Of a stretch of DNA of 64,000 nt, positions 10,492 through 19,983 are shown one piece after another. Made by a program: the position numbers and the translations under genes. Each line of letters opens with the position of its first letter. Positions within the stretch are counted from its first letter, which is position 1. The stretch lies in IMG/VR virus record IMGVR_UViG_3300031466_000110, one strand, 5' to 3'. The notes under the pieces were generated by a model, which saw nothing but the letters and a program-made list of their open reading frames with translations, did no database searches and was not told where the DNA came from. Origin of the DNA: a virus.

Positions 10492-11691
10492 TTACTGCTG
10501 GCTGGTTGCCGCTTGTCCCCAACCGGAGACTGCTCCCGTCACCGAACCGCTCGAAGCACCTTGCGCCGGAGCCGAACCTTGCGGCGACGCACCACCGAGG
10601 GTTGCCGGAGTCGGATTCGCACCACCGAGTTGAGCCGGGATTCCACCCAGTTGAGCCGGAGCCGCGCCACCCAGTTGAGCCGGAGATTGACCCTGTCCCG
10701 CGCCCAGAAGCGGATTGGCTTGCGGAGCTTGTACCCCACCAAAGACTTCTGCCGCAGAAGCGCCCGCTTGCAGACGAGCGAGAATCGCGCGAGTCTTGCT
10801 CATGATTTTACCAACTTCGCGGGTCAACTCTTCCTTGGTCATGAACTGAACAGGCTTCAGCACTTCTGCCGCCTTGTAGATCGTGAAGTCCTTCGCCAGC
10901 TCTTCCGCCTTTTGACGGAGCGGTTCCCACTGCTGGATGAGTTGCGCCGACTGGATGATGGAGTAGCTTGCGTTCTTCGCGCTGTCACGCGCATTCGGCT
11001 GTTTACCGCCCGTGTCGTAGGTGAAGTCCCAGATCCAGAACAGCCCTGCTGGATGCGTCGGAGCCGGAATGAGCGAGTTAACTTGCTTCATGAGCGAGTC
11101 GTCGAAGCGTTCCTTGCGCCAGTAGACGAAATACGGCTTCATCTCCTCCAGCGCATTCGGTTCCGGTACTTGGTTCTTCGCATCCCACGGAATGACGACA
11201 ACCGGGAAAGCGATGAACTCTTCCGCACCGTCAATCGGACGTTCCGCATTCGCCTTGGCGCGGTCATCTTTCAGCGCGTCGCCGGGATCGTTTTGACGGT
11301 CGATACCCTTCATTTGAGCGATATGATCCAGCTTGGCGTTGAACAGTTCCCAACCTTCGTTCACCGCTTCGCAAGCCGGGCAGGTTCCGTCATAACCCAG
11401 TTCATCGAACACGTCACCAGCCAGTCCGTGAATGCAACGGAACGTGTTGGTGTTCTTGGCTTGCTTGTAGCGATGCACCAGTGCCGTGAGAACGTCCCAC
11501 GTTTCCACGCCACCTTCGTCGCGACGCAGTCCCACCGTCGGAATGTAAACCAGCACCTTCTTGTTGACCGGAGTCGGCATCGTCGGGAAGTTGGGGTCAT
11601 CCGTCAGGGAGAAACCACCAACTGCCTCCTGATTACGGGCAGAGTCAACCATGCCCACAAGTTTGGTCGGATCGATTTTTGGACGAGCCAT
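10492..11691 (-). CDS. Putative phage-type (T4 gp32-like) single-stranded DNA-binding protein
   Basis: Zinc-ligand pattern CIHG...CPAC, low-complexity C-terminal tail (PAQLGG repeats), highly biased codon usage, position between primase and SbcC. Confidence 0.55.
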   Translation of the reverse strand: MARPKIDPTKLVGMVDSARNQEAVGGFSLTDDPNFPTMPTPVNKKVLVYIPTVGLRRDEGGVETWDVLTALVHRYKQAKNTNTFRCIHGLAGDVFDELGYDGTCPACEAVNEGWELFNAKLDHIAQMKGIDRQNDPGDALKDDRAKANAERPIDGAEEFIAFPVVVIPWDAKNQVPEPNALEEMKPYFVYWRKERFDDSLMKQVNSLIPAPTHPAGLFWIWDFTYDTGGKQPNARDSAKNASYSIIQSAQLIQQWEPLRQKAEELAKDFTIYKAAEVLKPVQFMTKEELTREVGKIMSKTRAILARLQAGASAAEVFGGVQAPQANPLLGAGQGQSPAQLGGAAPAQLGGIPAQLGGANPTPATLGGASPQGSAPAQGASSGSVTGAVSGWGQAATSQQ

Positions 11692-11721
11692 GAATAAAGC
11701 ACCCTTTCTTAAATGATTTTT

Positions 11722-11783
11722 CGTAGCTTACCGTAGTCTCCGTAGTTTCCGTAGCCCACCGTAGCCCACCGTAGTGTCCGTAG
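11722..11783. repeat. Seven tandem (C)CGTAG motifs with 9-10-bp period upstream of the SSB gene
   Basis: Copies at 11722, 11731, 11740, 11749, 11759, 11769, 11778. Confidence 0.85.
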
Positions 11784-11871
11784 CCTTCCTTAAGGGGTGC
11801 ATGTCTTCAGCCCGAAAGCCCGACAAAAGACAAACACATTAAGAAAAACTAGACGATGGATATGACGCCAG

Positions 11872-12693
11872 TCACGCGACTTCTTCAGAAATCCTTGCCA
11901 AGTACGATGCGGATTTGCATTTTTCCAAATCCTCGCGTACCCCCTCATACCCCTTGACAAATTCGTCCACGTCCTTCACGCGCTCCGGTAACAACACGAA
12001 AACATGCGGTACCGGAATTCGCCAAATGAAGTTCGCTCCCTTACTCGTCAGATGGTTAAGGAACGGATTAACGCTTCGCCCCGAATTGTCATTGTCGGGT
12101 ACCGCTACGACCTTCTTAAACCGCGAGAGCATGCGCGACTTAATGGAGGACATCTCCAAACCCTGATTCGCTATGGCGGGAAGTCCCAAGGAACGAAGGG
12201 AAATGGCGTCGAAAATCCCCTCAACCAAGAAAACTACCCCGTCATGCGCTTCATGGGAAAGCCGATACGCATGATCGTAGTTAAAGAAGGAAACGTCGCG
12301 GGAGAAGCCCAGAGTCGGAGTCGTAACGTACTTTCGACTACCCCCTCGCGGATGCCAACCGACCAATGCGATGATGTTACCTGCGATGTCCTTAATCGGT
12401 ACGATATAGCGATCCGTCAAGATAAAGTTGCCTTTATCGTTCGTCAGACCCCAGTCCTTGAACTGCTCCAGTGTGTAATGCGGATAGAGCATCGACAGTT
12501 CCATCAGGCTGTTGACGTTAATAACGCCAAGTTGCATAAGTGTGTCAAACATCTCTTGAGAGTCATACCCCCGATGATCCATGAGTTCCGTAACAACCTG
12601 TTCGCCGCCATAGAACTCCGAAACCTCGTGGAAAAACTTCGTAAGATCCTGACGCACCTGTTGCAACTTCACCAGACGTTCCTGCGTGACCAC
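11872..12693 (-). CDS. DnaG-type DNA primase (catalytic core/TOPRIM, no zinc-binding domain)
   Basis: DRYIVPIKD..GNII, KY, VFLVEGIFDAISL, DND.SG; likely GTG start at 12693 after GGAGG. Confidence 0.85.
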   Translation of the reverse strand: MVTQERLVKLQQVRQDLTKFFHEVSEFYGGEQVVTELMDHRGYDSQEMFDTLMQLGVINVNSLMELSMLYPHYTLEQFKDWGLTNDKGNFILTDRYIVPIKDIAGNIIALVGWHPRGGSRKYVTTPTLGFSRDVSFFNYDHAYRLSHEAHDGVVFLVEGIFDAISLRSLGLPAIANQGLEMSSIKSRMLSRFKKVVAVPDNDNSGRSVNPFLNHLTSKGANFIWRIPVPHVFVLLPERVKDVDEFVKGYEGVREDLEKCKSASYLARISEEVA

Positions 12694-12823
12694 CGCACTA
12701 CCCACCTCCCAACAACATCGGAATGAAACGAACCCGCGCAAAGAAATAAAAGAAACGCGAGACGCCTACTATAAACGCAGTGCGCTCGCGCTTCCGCAAA
12801 AGAATATAAAGTCAATAGAAAAG

Positions 12824-13336
12824 TTAGACATGTTCGGACACCAGCATGTGACTAAACGAATAAGGAACACGCCGACGAATAAAGAAATGACGTGAGGGCG
12901 GTGTACTCCACGACTCCAAGAGCAACCGACGATGCGCTGGACTCAACTCCAAATAAAACAATGACGTGATCCAAGAGAGTTTTGAAAGCCGATAACTCCA
13001 ACGTCCATCTATTTCGTCAAAGAATCGGAGTGGACGTACTCCCTCATGCAAATGCACCGAGAAATGCGTAGGATTAAAATATACTCCGAAGAAATTGTCG
13101 GGCTTTTTGATATAGTATTCAATAAGATCTGCCTCGTCTTTAGAAAAAGAAAAACCCGGATTCGTCCCAAAAGGAAGCAAGTGCAAGTCCAACATTACAA
13201 CTGTCCCCGTATTTGGGTTCAAAAAGAACTTTACAGATTCAGAAGGAGAACAAGGAGTGCAAAAAGACTTTGTTAAGTCGTAAAAAAGCTGTACAGCTTG
13301 CATTACAGAAAACCCTCCAAAAGACATAAAATACAA
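12824..13336 (-). CDS. Hypothetical protein (AT-rich)
   Basis: 170-aa ORF; start uncertain. Confidence 0.5.
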   Translation of the reverse strand: MYFMSFGGFSVMQAVQLFYDLTKSFCTPCSPSESVKFFLNPNTGTVVMLDLHLLPFGTNPGFSFSKDEADLIEYYIKKPDNFFGVYFNPTHFSVHLHEGVRPLRFFDEIDGRWSYRLSKLSWITSLFYLELSPAHRRLLLESWSTPPSRHFFIRRRVPYSFSHMLVSEHV

Positions 13337-13413
13337 AAAGAGAGGGAGCAGGGCATACGCCCTCCTCCCGAAAAGAGAAACGGGTCAAGGATGGGGAGAT
13401 GTTGCTACCTAAG

Positions 13414-13896
13414 TTAGATTTGCCTCCAACCATTTTCGAACATGAGCGAAATCCGACTCTCTTTCGAACCAAGAATATGATTCTTTGCATCCAAATTCGC
13501 CAAAATGCTGTTACGGATTTGCGCCGGAGCCATTTTGCGGAATTCCCCTTTGTGGAACGACACGAACATAACAGCGGGCATGTTCATAAAGATTGAAACC
13601 ACCGGAGGTTGCTGGTCTCCATAATAGTACAAGATAACCGTTACCCCCTCAGCCCGACGCAACAAAAGATGCAGATTCGTCTGCATCGCCGGAACCATCT
13701 GGAAACACTGCTTCACGATCCCATAAGCGTCCGCTCGCGGTACCCCGAAACGGTCAAACACAAGGATAAGATTGTTCCGATAAGGGTCGAGAAACAAGGC
13801 TTCCCTATCCGAACTGTTGACGTGCATGTACCTGACCGTCGGGTCGCCAAAGAAGTCATAAGTAAAACCCAGACGTCTCGTAGATGTAGACACCAT
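13414..13896 (-). CDS. Hypothetical protein
   Basis: 160-aa ORF with GGAGG RBS. Confidence 0.65.
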   Translation of the reverse strand: MVSTSTRRLGFTYDFFGDPTVRYMHVNSSDREALFLDPYRNNLILVFDRFGVPRADAYGIVKQCFQMVPAMQTNLHLLLRRAEGVTVILYYYGDQQPPVVSIFMNMPAVMFVSFHKGEFRKMAPAQIRNSILANLDAKNHILGSKESRISLMFENGWRQI

Positions 13897-13967
13897 CGGT
13901 ATGCCTCCCCTATATCAGAATAAAATGATAAAGAACAAATACCCTAACCACTCGAGATAGCGGCACG

Positions 13968-14326
13968 TTAAATCATGCTGGCATCAAGTATCGCAAAAAT
14001 CGTAGCGCTCATAAAGATACCAACAAGGATACCAATGACAAAACCGACAATGAGGATGATCGCTTGGATGAACAGGTACTTATGAAGCCCATCCAACATT
14101 TCCTCCAAGTCCTTCTCATCCTCGCTGTTGGCGAGACTCTTCGCCCCGTTTGCACATTTCAACAGAAAATAACCCAAAATGATCTGAGCTACCCCGGCAA
14201 CGCGCCGATAATAAACGCAAACAAACCGAAAAGCGCCGAAATCCCACCGAGTACCATCATCACGATGGCAAGAAATTTCCCCCACTTGCTAACTCCGAGC
14301 AAGCGCTGACGAATCACATCACTCAT
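13968..14326 (-). pseudogene. DUF5362-like membrane protein, apparently frameshifted in a G-run
   Basis: Strong RBS + ATG at 14326 gives MSDVIRQRLLGVSKWGKFLAIVMMVLGGISALFGLFAFIIGALPG*. One extra G at 14192-14195 would fuse it to VAQIILGYFLLKCANGAK... Confidence 0.6.
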
Positions 14327-14437
14327 ACAATACCCTCCTAAAAGAAAATGGTCAAGCTACTAAATATAAAATGAACTTGCTCCACTAATGGGGAAGAAAG
14401 GAGGAAGTTCTAAAGAAACTTCCTCCACATAAGAACA

Positions 14438-17400
14438 TTACCCCGCCCGATGGAAAATATCAACGAGCGCTTCGCGTACCGAGGACTGCTCAATCCGTCG
14501 TGCGATATTCACCGCACTCGCCGCACCCCGGATGGAACCGATCATATAGTTCCCTTCGCGGGCGCGAGACGCGGCGGTGTAAACCATGTTCCGCGTGATA
14601 AAGTCACCGCGAATCTCATGGAAGACGCAGATGCAAAGCTTGGCTTGGCTTCCTTGCATCTTATGGACGGTACAAGCATAAGAGAGATCAAGGTTACGCA
14701 GGTCAGGGCTGAGTCCTGAGAGATAAAGGTCTTTACCCTTCTCATAGGTCAACTCTCCCCGATACAAGCAAATGAACTCAACCATTTCCGACGTTTCCAC
14801 GTCAATATCAGAGAACTTGACCGCCACATAGTACATAGTCGGAGAGTTGGTGTACTTCCGCTTGAACTTGTCCACGTCCTCTTGCCGCAGACTACCATAG
14901 TTGATTTTCAGTTCCTTACCCGGAATGAAAGCTACAACCTTCCCAACCTCACCATTGGCGATCCCCTTCACTGCCCGATCACGCTCGTCCGCCCAAACCG
15001 TAAACGTACCATCACCATTCGGAAGGAAGCGGGCTTTTTCATTGTCATTGGAATTCACGTGCATTACCCGATCACCGATGCGGAACTCCACCACGTCCTT
15101 ATCCGAACGCGGGAAGAAAACCGATTCCCTATTCGGATCGCGTGGATTGAAGGAATCCTGAAGGAGTTTATTAAGGTTGATCGTACCCCACTCCTTACCA
15201 TTGATAGGCGTAATAACCTGCACGTCATCCGGGTTCATACGCGGAGCCAACGTATTGGTACCATCAGAAAGCACATTGGTTGCCGGAACAAACTTCGTCG
15301 ACTGCTTTCCATGCAAATGGTAATCGACAATGGCTTTGATGAGGGCTACGCTCTCTTGCTCCGACTTGGTATCGATGATACGGAAATCCGGGGTATCGAC
15401 CAAATCCGGCATGACCGAATCATCCGAATGATTGATAATCAGGTTGCAGTTGCGAGTAGTCCCCGACTTTTCGGAAGCCCGCTTGGTGACATTTAGAGCA
15501 ACCGTCGGCAGGAAGTTCAGCATGGTCGCAAACGGCTTACCAAAACCGATTGGTGTGAGCTGTTCCTTATCTCCGAGGAAAAAGACGTAAGTCCCTTTCT
15601 TAATACGGATAATAACCTCGTACATGAGGTTAATATTCGGCATGGAAGACTCATCCATAACCAAAACCTCAATGTCATCCGGGGCAAGATTTTTAATCTT
15701 ATCAGGATCAGACAGATAAACATTGTCGCCGCCTACCCGGAACAACGAGTTAATTGTCCGTGTTTTCCGCTTGACAACCTCCTTCAGACGGTTAGCCGCC
15801 TTTCCAGTCGGAGCGCAGAAGAAAATGGTATTCGGAGATTTATCAAGAAGCATCTCTACCCCATAGATTAAGGCTTCAGCCGTCGTAGTCTTACCACTAC
15901 CAGCCGGTCCGGTAAGACAAATGACCCGGTTCCCAGTACCAAGGATACGAACAGCGTCAGCTTGCCGTTCTTCGAGCTTGTACGGCGTGTCCGGTGGAAG
16001 CCCCAGTTCCCGATGCTTCATGGCTTCAAAGGAGCGAATGACCTCTTCAATGTCCTCTTCGCGGAGCTTTTTCGGGTTATACGTACACAACTCACGCAGA
16101 CGATTGTAGATATACATTTCCTTATGCGCGAAAATATAGTCTGCGAGATAAGTACGATTCCCAATCTCAAACTTCAAACCCAAACCACTATCCACGTAGT
16201 CCTTAACCATCGACAGGCTATTTACCCCCTGAAGCGGAAGGAGCATTTTACCAGACTTCTGACTAAGCTGTTTCCACCCAGTAGTAGGGAGTCGGAAGGT
16301 TTCAGACTTCAGATTCGGGTTAATAAAGTAGTGCAGGGAGATCAGGCGCTCCTTCTTGATATAGAAGCCCTCTTGCTGAAGGGTTTGATAATGGTTTTGA
16401 GTCAAAATAAAACCCGAACGCGCGTACCGAAGCGCCTTATCGTAATCGACAATGGTATTCTCACGCACAAAGGACGAACTGTCCAACATCAGATTGTGCA
16501 TATACGCCACGTTGCGGATTCGCATGATTTCCGGGTCGAAGATGTTGAGTCCCGAGAAAGAAGCCAGCTTGTCCAGATCTTCGATACGAAGACGAGGATC
16601 AATAAAACAGAGATAGTACGGGTTCTTCTCCAAAATAGCAAAGAAGTCCAACGACGTCTCTGCACAAGCCTCATAAGTCTCCGACAAATCGAAGCGAATG
16701 CTGAGAAGCAAAGTCAGCATGCGGAAGTAGATTTTCATGCGGTTTTCCACAAGGGCTTCAATAAACTTGTCCTCTTCCTTATCCAAGCGCTTAGCCGAGT
16801 CGAGATTGATACCCCCATCGTACCAATAATCAAGGATGGTATCCCCCAACGTTGTAAGGTACTCATCAATCGGAGAAATACCTTTGGATGAAGGAGCGGC
16901 AAAGTCCTCCAATACATACTCCAACGCTTCCTTAAAGAGAGCGCGACCCGTAAGATACCCCTTACTCTTCGTCCACGAAGACCGAAGGGCATCCCGCGTG
17001 TACCCCAACTTGGTGTTGGCTCGATGACTTTGCTTGAGGTCATCGCTGAGTTCGTCAAACTCGTCTTCCAACAGTGACAGACCACTGACCCCAGCAGAGG
17101 ACTCCTGTTGCTCGTCCCCTTCTTCAACCTCCGCATCCGTCGAATCGGACATGCGCTTAAGCTCCGCCAAAATAGCCGCAACGCGAGATTGACTATCTTC
17201 GAGGACTTGCTCCACAATTTGCACCGACTCCGGCTTCGGAGCTAACTCAAAACGATTCTCCAGCTTCGGCTTACCAGAACGCTCCTTCGAAAGACGCGAA
17301 TGAAGATTCGCTTGCGCCTCCTGCTTGGCAACATCCGTCGAAGATACCCCGAGGGTTTTCGGAGCACCTTGGAACAATTCTGGACTGAGAGGACGACCCG

Positions 17401-18079
17401 GTTGCTGATGAGCAGGAAGCTCTTTATACCCCTCAGCGGAACCCCACGTCGACGGAGCTACCCCTGTCATCGCAGAAGCAGTATTGGGGTTCGCGTCAGG
17501 CGCGACCGTCTCCTGTTTACCAAAAGGATCGACCAACTGGAACTCATAATCCGGGCAAGCATAACGATAACTGTTCGGAACGGACACCGGGAAAGTAACC
17601 TCCCAATTTTTCCGCGCCGTAGTCATCGCCACCTCAAGAAACGCCGGGAACGCGTTGCGACCGGGATTCCGAAGGGAAACCGACGAAACCTTCCACTGCC
17701 CATAAGCCCCTTTACGCCAAGCCGCCATGACCACAAAGTCTGCACCAAGCGTTTGCCCTCGTTGCAGACGCACCGAACCGCCACGCAGAAGAATCAGGTT
17801 GCGAGGTTTCCCCGTCGCCTTCAGTTGCTCATAAGCCTGACGCTGGATAACCGCAAGCATTTTTCCCCGCGTGTAGTAATGAACGCCATCCAAATTTACC
17901 CCAATCAGATCGACGACCACAAAGACATCGAGAGAGGGATTCAAAAGTCCGATATCCTCGAACTCCTTCGGAGGAACCACCTCCCCAATAAGCAGAGCCG
18001 TTACCTCCAGATTGGCAGAACCGCCACCCTCCAGATAGTGAGGAAGGCTCATCGTGCGTAACGTCGTCACTGCATACAC
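14438..18079 (-). CDS. recD2: RecD2-like SF1B helicase with long N-terminal extension
   Basis: GPAGSGKTT, APTGKAA, DESSM, GDKEQL, NGEVG, YACTVHKMQGSQ, RNMVYTAASRA. Confidence 0.9.
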   Translation of the reverse strand: MYAVTTLRTMSLPHYLEGGGSANLEVTALLIGEVVPPKEFEDIGLLNPSLDVFVVVDLIGVNLDGVHYYTRGKMLAVIQRQAYEQLKATGKPRNLILLRGGSVRLQRGQTLGADFVVMAAWRKGAYGQWKVSSVSLRNPGRNAFPAFLEVAMTTARKNWEVTFPVSVPNSYRYACPDYEFQLVDPFGKQETVAPDANPNTASAMTGVAPSTWGSAEGYKELPAHQQPGRPLSPELFQGAPKTLGVSSTDVAKQEAQANLHSRLSKERSGKPKLENRFELAPKPESVQIVEQVLEDSQSRVAAILAELKRMSDSTDAEVEEGDEQQESSAGVSGLSLLEDEFDELSDDLKQSHRANTKLGYTRDALRSSWTKSKGYLTGRALFKEALEYVLEDFAAPSSKGISPIDEYLTTLGDTILDYWYDGGINLDSAKRLDKEEDKFIEALVENRMKIYFRMLTLLLSIRFDLSETYEACAETSLDFFAILEKNPYYLCFIDPRLRIEDLDKLASFSGLNIFDPEIMRIRNVAYMHNLMLDSSSFVRENTIVDYDKALRYARSGFILTQNHYQTLQQEGFYIKKERLISLHYFINPNLKSETFRLPTTGWKQLSQKSGKMLLPLQGVNSLSMVKDYVDSGLGLKFEIGNRTYLADYIFAHKEMYIYNRLRELCTYNPKKLREEDIEEVIRSFEAMKHRELGLPPDTPYKLEERQADAVRILGTGNRVICLTGPAGSGKTTTAEALIYGVEMLLDKSPNTIFFCAPTGKAANRLKEVVKRKTRTINSLFRVGGDNVYLSDPDKIKNLAPDDIEVLVMDESSMPNINLMYEVIIRIKKGTYVFFLGDKEQLTPIGFGKPFATMLNFLPTVALNVTKRASEKSGTTRNCNLIINHSDDSVMPDLVDTPDFRIIDTKSEQESVALIKAIVDYHLHGKQSTKFVPATNVLSDGTNTLAPRMNPDDVQVITPINGKEWGTINLNKLLQDSFNPRDPNRESVFFPRSDKDVVEFRIGDRVMHVNSNDNEKARFLPNGDGTFTVWADERDRAVKGIANGEVGKVVAFIPGKELKINYGSLRQEDVDKFKRKYTNSPTMYYVAVKFSDIDVETSEMVEFICLYRGELTYEKGKDLYLSGLSPDLRNLDLSYACTVHKMQGSQAKLCICVFHEIRGDFITRNMVYTAASRAREGNYMIGSIRGAASAVNIARRIEQSSVREALVDIFHRAG

Positions 18080-18232
18080 CTCGCTTTAATCCTCATTATA
18101 CCCCGTCGAGCTTCTATCTAATATAGAGGAATCTCCGAGGTTCGAACAGAAAACGAGATGACTTTTCGCCCCAAGTCGAAAGTCACCTCGTTAAGAAAGT
18201 ACAGAAGAAAAGGGATTCAAAGAATCAGTCCA

Positions 18233-19333
18233 TTAGAAGACCAAGTCCGGGTACTCAGAACCGAACCACATGGAGCGCATGCCGTTCTTGACCGAGTAGT
18301 TACCAAACTCCAGATTGTCGAGAAACATGGTCATTTTGGCTTCCAGCATGTCAATGAGATGAACGATGAGTGCCCAGACCGAGTTAGGCTTGTCAGCATA
18401 CTCTCCGTGGTGTCCAAGCTGGACAGACATGATGAAGTAGAAAAAGTCCTCGCCTAGCGCCTCAACAAAGAGATTCTTATGGCGAGAGATCATCTCTACC
18501 CCCAGAGCACGGTGAGAGACGAAAGAATACTTGGTGTATTTCCCGCCTTGCCCAATCTCGTAAACCTTACCGATGTCATGAAGGACGATATAAGCGTAAA
18601 GCTGATCCTTGAACTGTGCCAGCCGAGGATCATTGTATACCAACGTCCGAGCGATGTTCAGCATCTTGAGCGTATGGTTCATCAACCCACCGATTTGCGC
18701 GTCGTGCATCTTCTTACCCGCCCAAGTGAGCTGGAAGGCTTCAAAGATATTTTCCGCTTGAAAGAAACGCGAAATCGCATTGGCAACCTTCGGGTCAAGC
18801 TCCGTCTGCATGAAGTTGACGAAATGCCCCCAAACTTGCGGCAAGTTGACCGAGCGATAAAATAGCGCCGGGTCAACTTGCGGGCAACCGTGAAACTGCG
18901 TAAACGTCAACTCCAAATTGTTCCGGTAAATCGAAGCAGAGAAGCTGACCTCTACCACTTTCCCTGAGAAGTCCTCACGGGAGAGCAGATCTTGAAAGTC
19001 GCCCTTCCAAACCTTGAAAGTGAGCGTTTTGCCTTGAAAGTAAACCTCACCCGTCAACGGAGCCTTCGAGTTGGGATCAATCGTGCGCGTATGCTCCTTA
19101 ATGAGGAAAATCCCCATACCCGACACACCCGGTTGCAGGTTAATAAGATCAATGACCACCGACTGCGGAATATACACCGACTGATCCGGCACGTACCCCG
19201 TGATAACAGAACCCTCCTGCGCACCCTCCTGCACAGATACAGGGGCAGACGACTCAGATGGTTGCGTCGGTTGCGCTTGATCGACTTGCGGTTGCGGCTC
19301 CGTAGGAAGCGACTGCATATTTTCCGTCGTCAT
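18233..19333 (-). CDS. YhaM/Cbf1-like OB-fold + HD-domain 3'-5' nuclease
   Basis: HDAQIGGL..HT, LHDIGK, HHG and HLID motifs; N-terminal OB-like region. Confidence 0.85.
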   Translation of the reverse strand: MTTENMQSLPTEPQPQVDQAQPTQPSESSAPVSVQEGAQEGSVITGYVPDQSVYIPQSVVIDLINLQPGVSGMGIFLIKEHTRTIDPNSKAPLTGEVYFQGKTLTFKVWKGDFQDLLSREDFSGKVVEVSFSASIYRNNLELTFTQFHGCPQVDPALFYRSVNLPQVWGHFVNFMQTELDPKVANAISRFFQAENIFEAFQLTWAGKKMHDAQIGGLMNHTLKMLNIARTLVYNDPRLAQFKDQLYAYIVLHDIGKVYEIGQGGKYTKYSFVSHRALGVEMISRHKNLFVEALGEDFFYFIMSVQLGHHGEYADKPNSVWALIVHLIDMLEAKMTMFLDNLEFGNYSVKNGMRSMWFGSEYPDLVF

Positions 19334-19369
19334 GAGTAAAACCTCATTTCCTTAAGATTCATTATTGAC

Positions 19370-19398
19370 AGTTTAACAGAGTTCTTCGTAGAGGACAA
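19370..19398 (-). promoter_or_regulatory. Putative sigma-A-type promoter TTGTCC-N17-TAAACT with extended TG
   Basis: Exact 17-bp spacing, upstream of the HD gene; same -35 variant at 39490-39518. Confidence 0.5.
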
Positions 19399-19485
19399 GT
19401 GAGTCCAAGAGATTATAAAAAGATTGTCGAGTGTTGTAAAATAGTAGTCAGATGTTATATACCCCCTGTACGTCAAGGCGATACA

Positions 19486-19908
19486 TCAGTACGAACAAAA
19501 GGCGTAGACCAAATCACCTTCATAAATTTCCGTGGGTGAAAGATGCACACTCTTACGAAAATTCTCGAACAACCCACTGTCCAAAACCACTTTCAAACGG
19601 CTGGCTTGCAAATACCCCACCCCAACTGGAGGTTGATCGTTGAACTTGAAGTAAAGAGCATACTCAATAGCATCAGGGTCTTCCAAATACCCCTTTGGGG
19701 TGACCTGACCACGCAGAAAATCGGTCAAGTACGACTCAATCCCCTCTGCATCGGTTTCCATAAGAATACAAGGATACATCAGTGTGGCTTGCACCTTATA
19801 TTTTCGCTCTTTTTCACCCGGCGTGAAATCAAGAGGTGGGTTCATATGCTCTTCAGTCGTAAAAATATCGTCCCGATTGGACGGAAAAGACGGATTGGGA
19901 TTGGTCAT
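19486..19908 (-). CDS. Hypothetical protein
   Basis: AGGAGG RBS before ATG at 19908. Confidence 0.7.
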   Translation of the reverse strand: MTNPNPSFPSNRDDIFTTEEHMNPPLDFTPGEKERKYKVQATLMYPCILMETDAEGIESYLTDFLRGQVTPKGYLEDPDAIEYALYFKFNDQPPVGVGYLQASRLKVVLDSGLFENFRKSVHLSPTEIYEGDLVYAFCSY

Positions 19909-19983
19909 GTTGCACCTCCTAGAAAGAGATTCCACGCGTCCAAAAAGGGGCGTGGAATCTCCTATCGACCATAGGCTAAGTTG

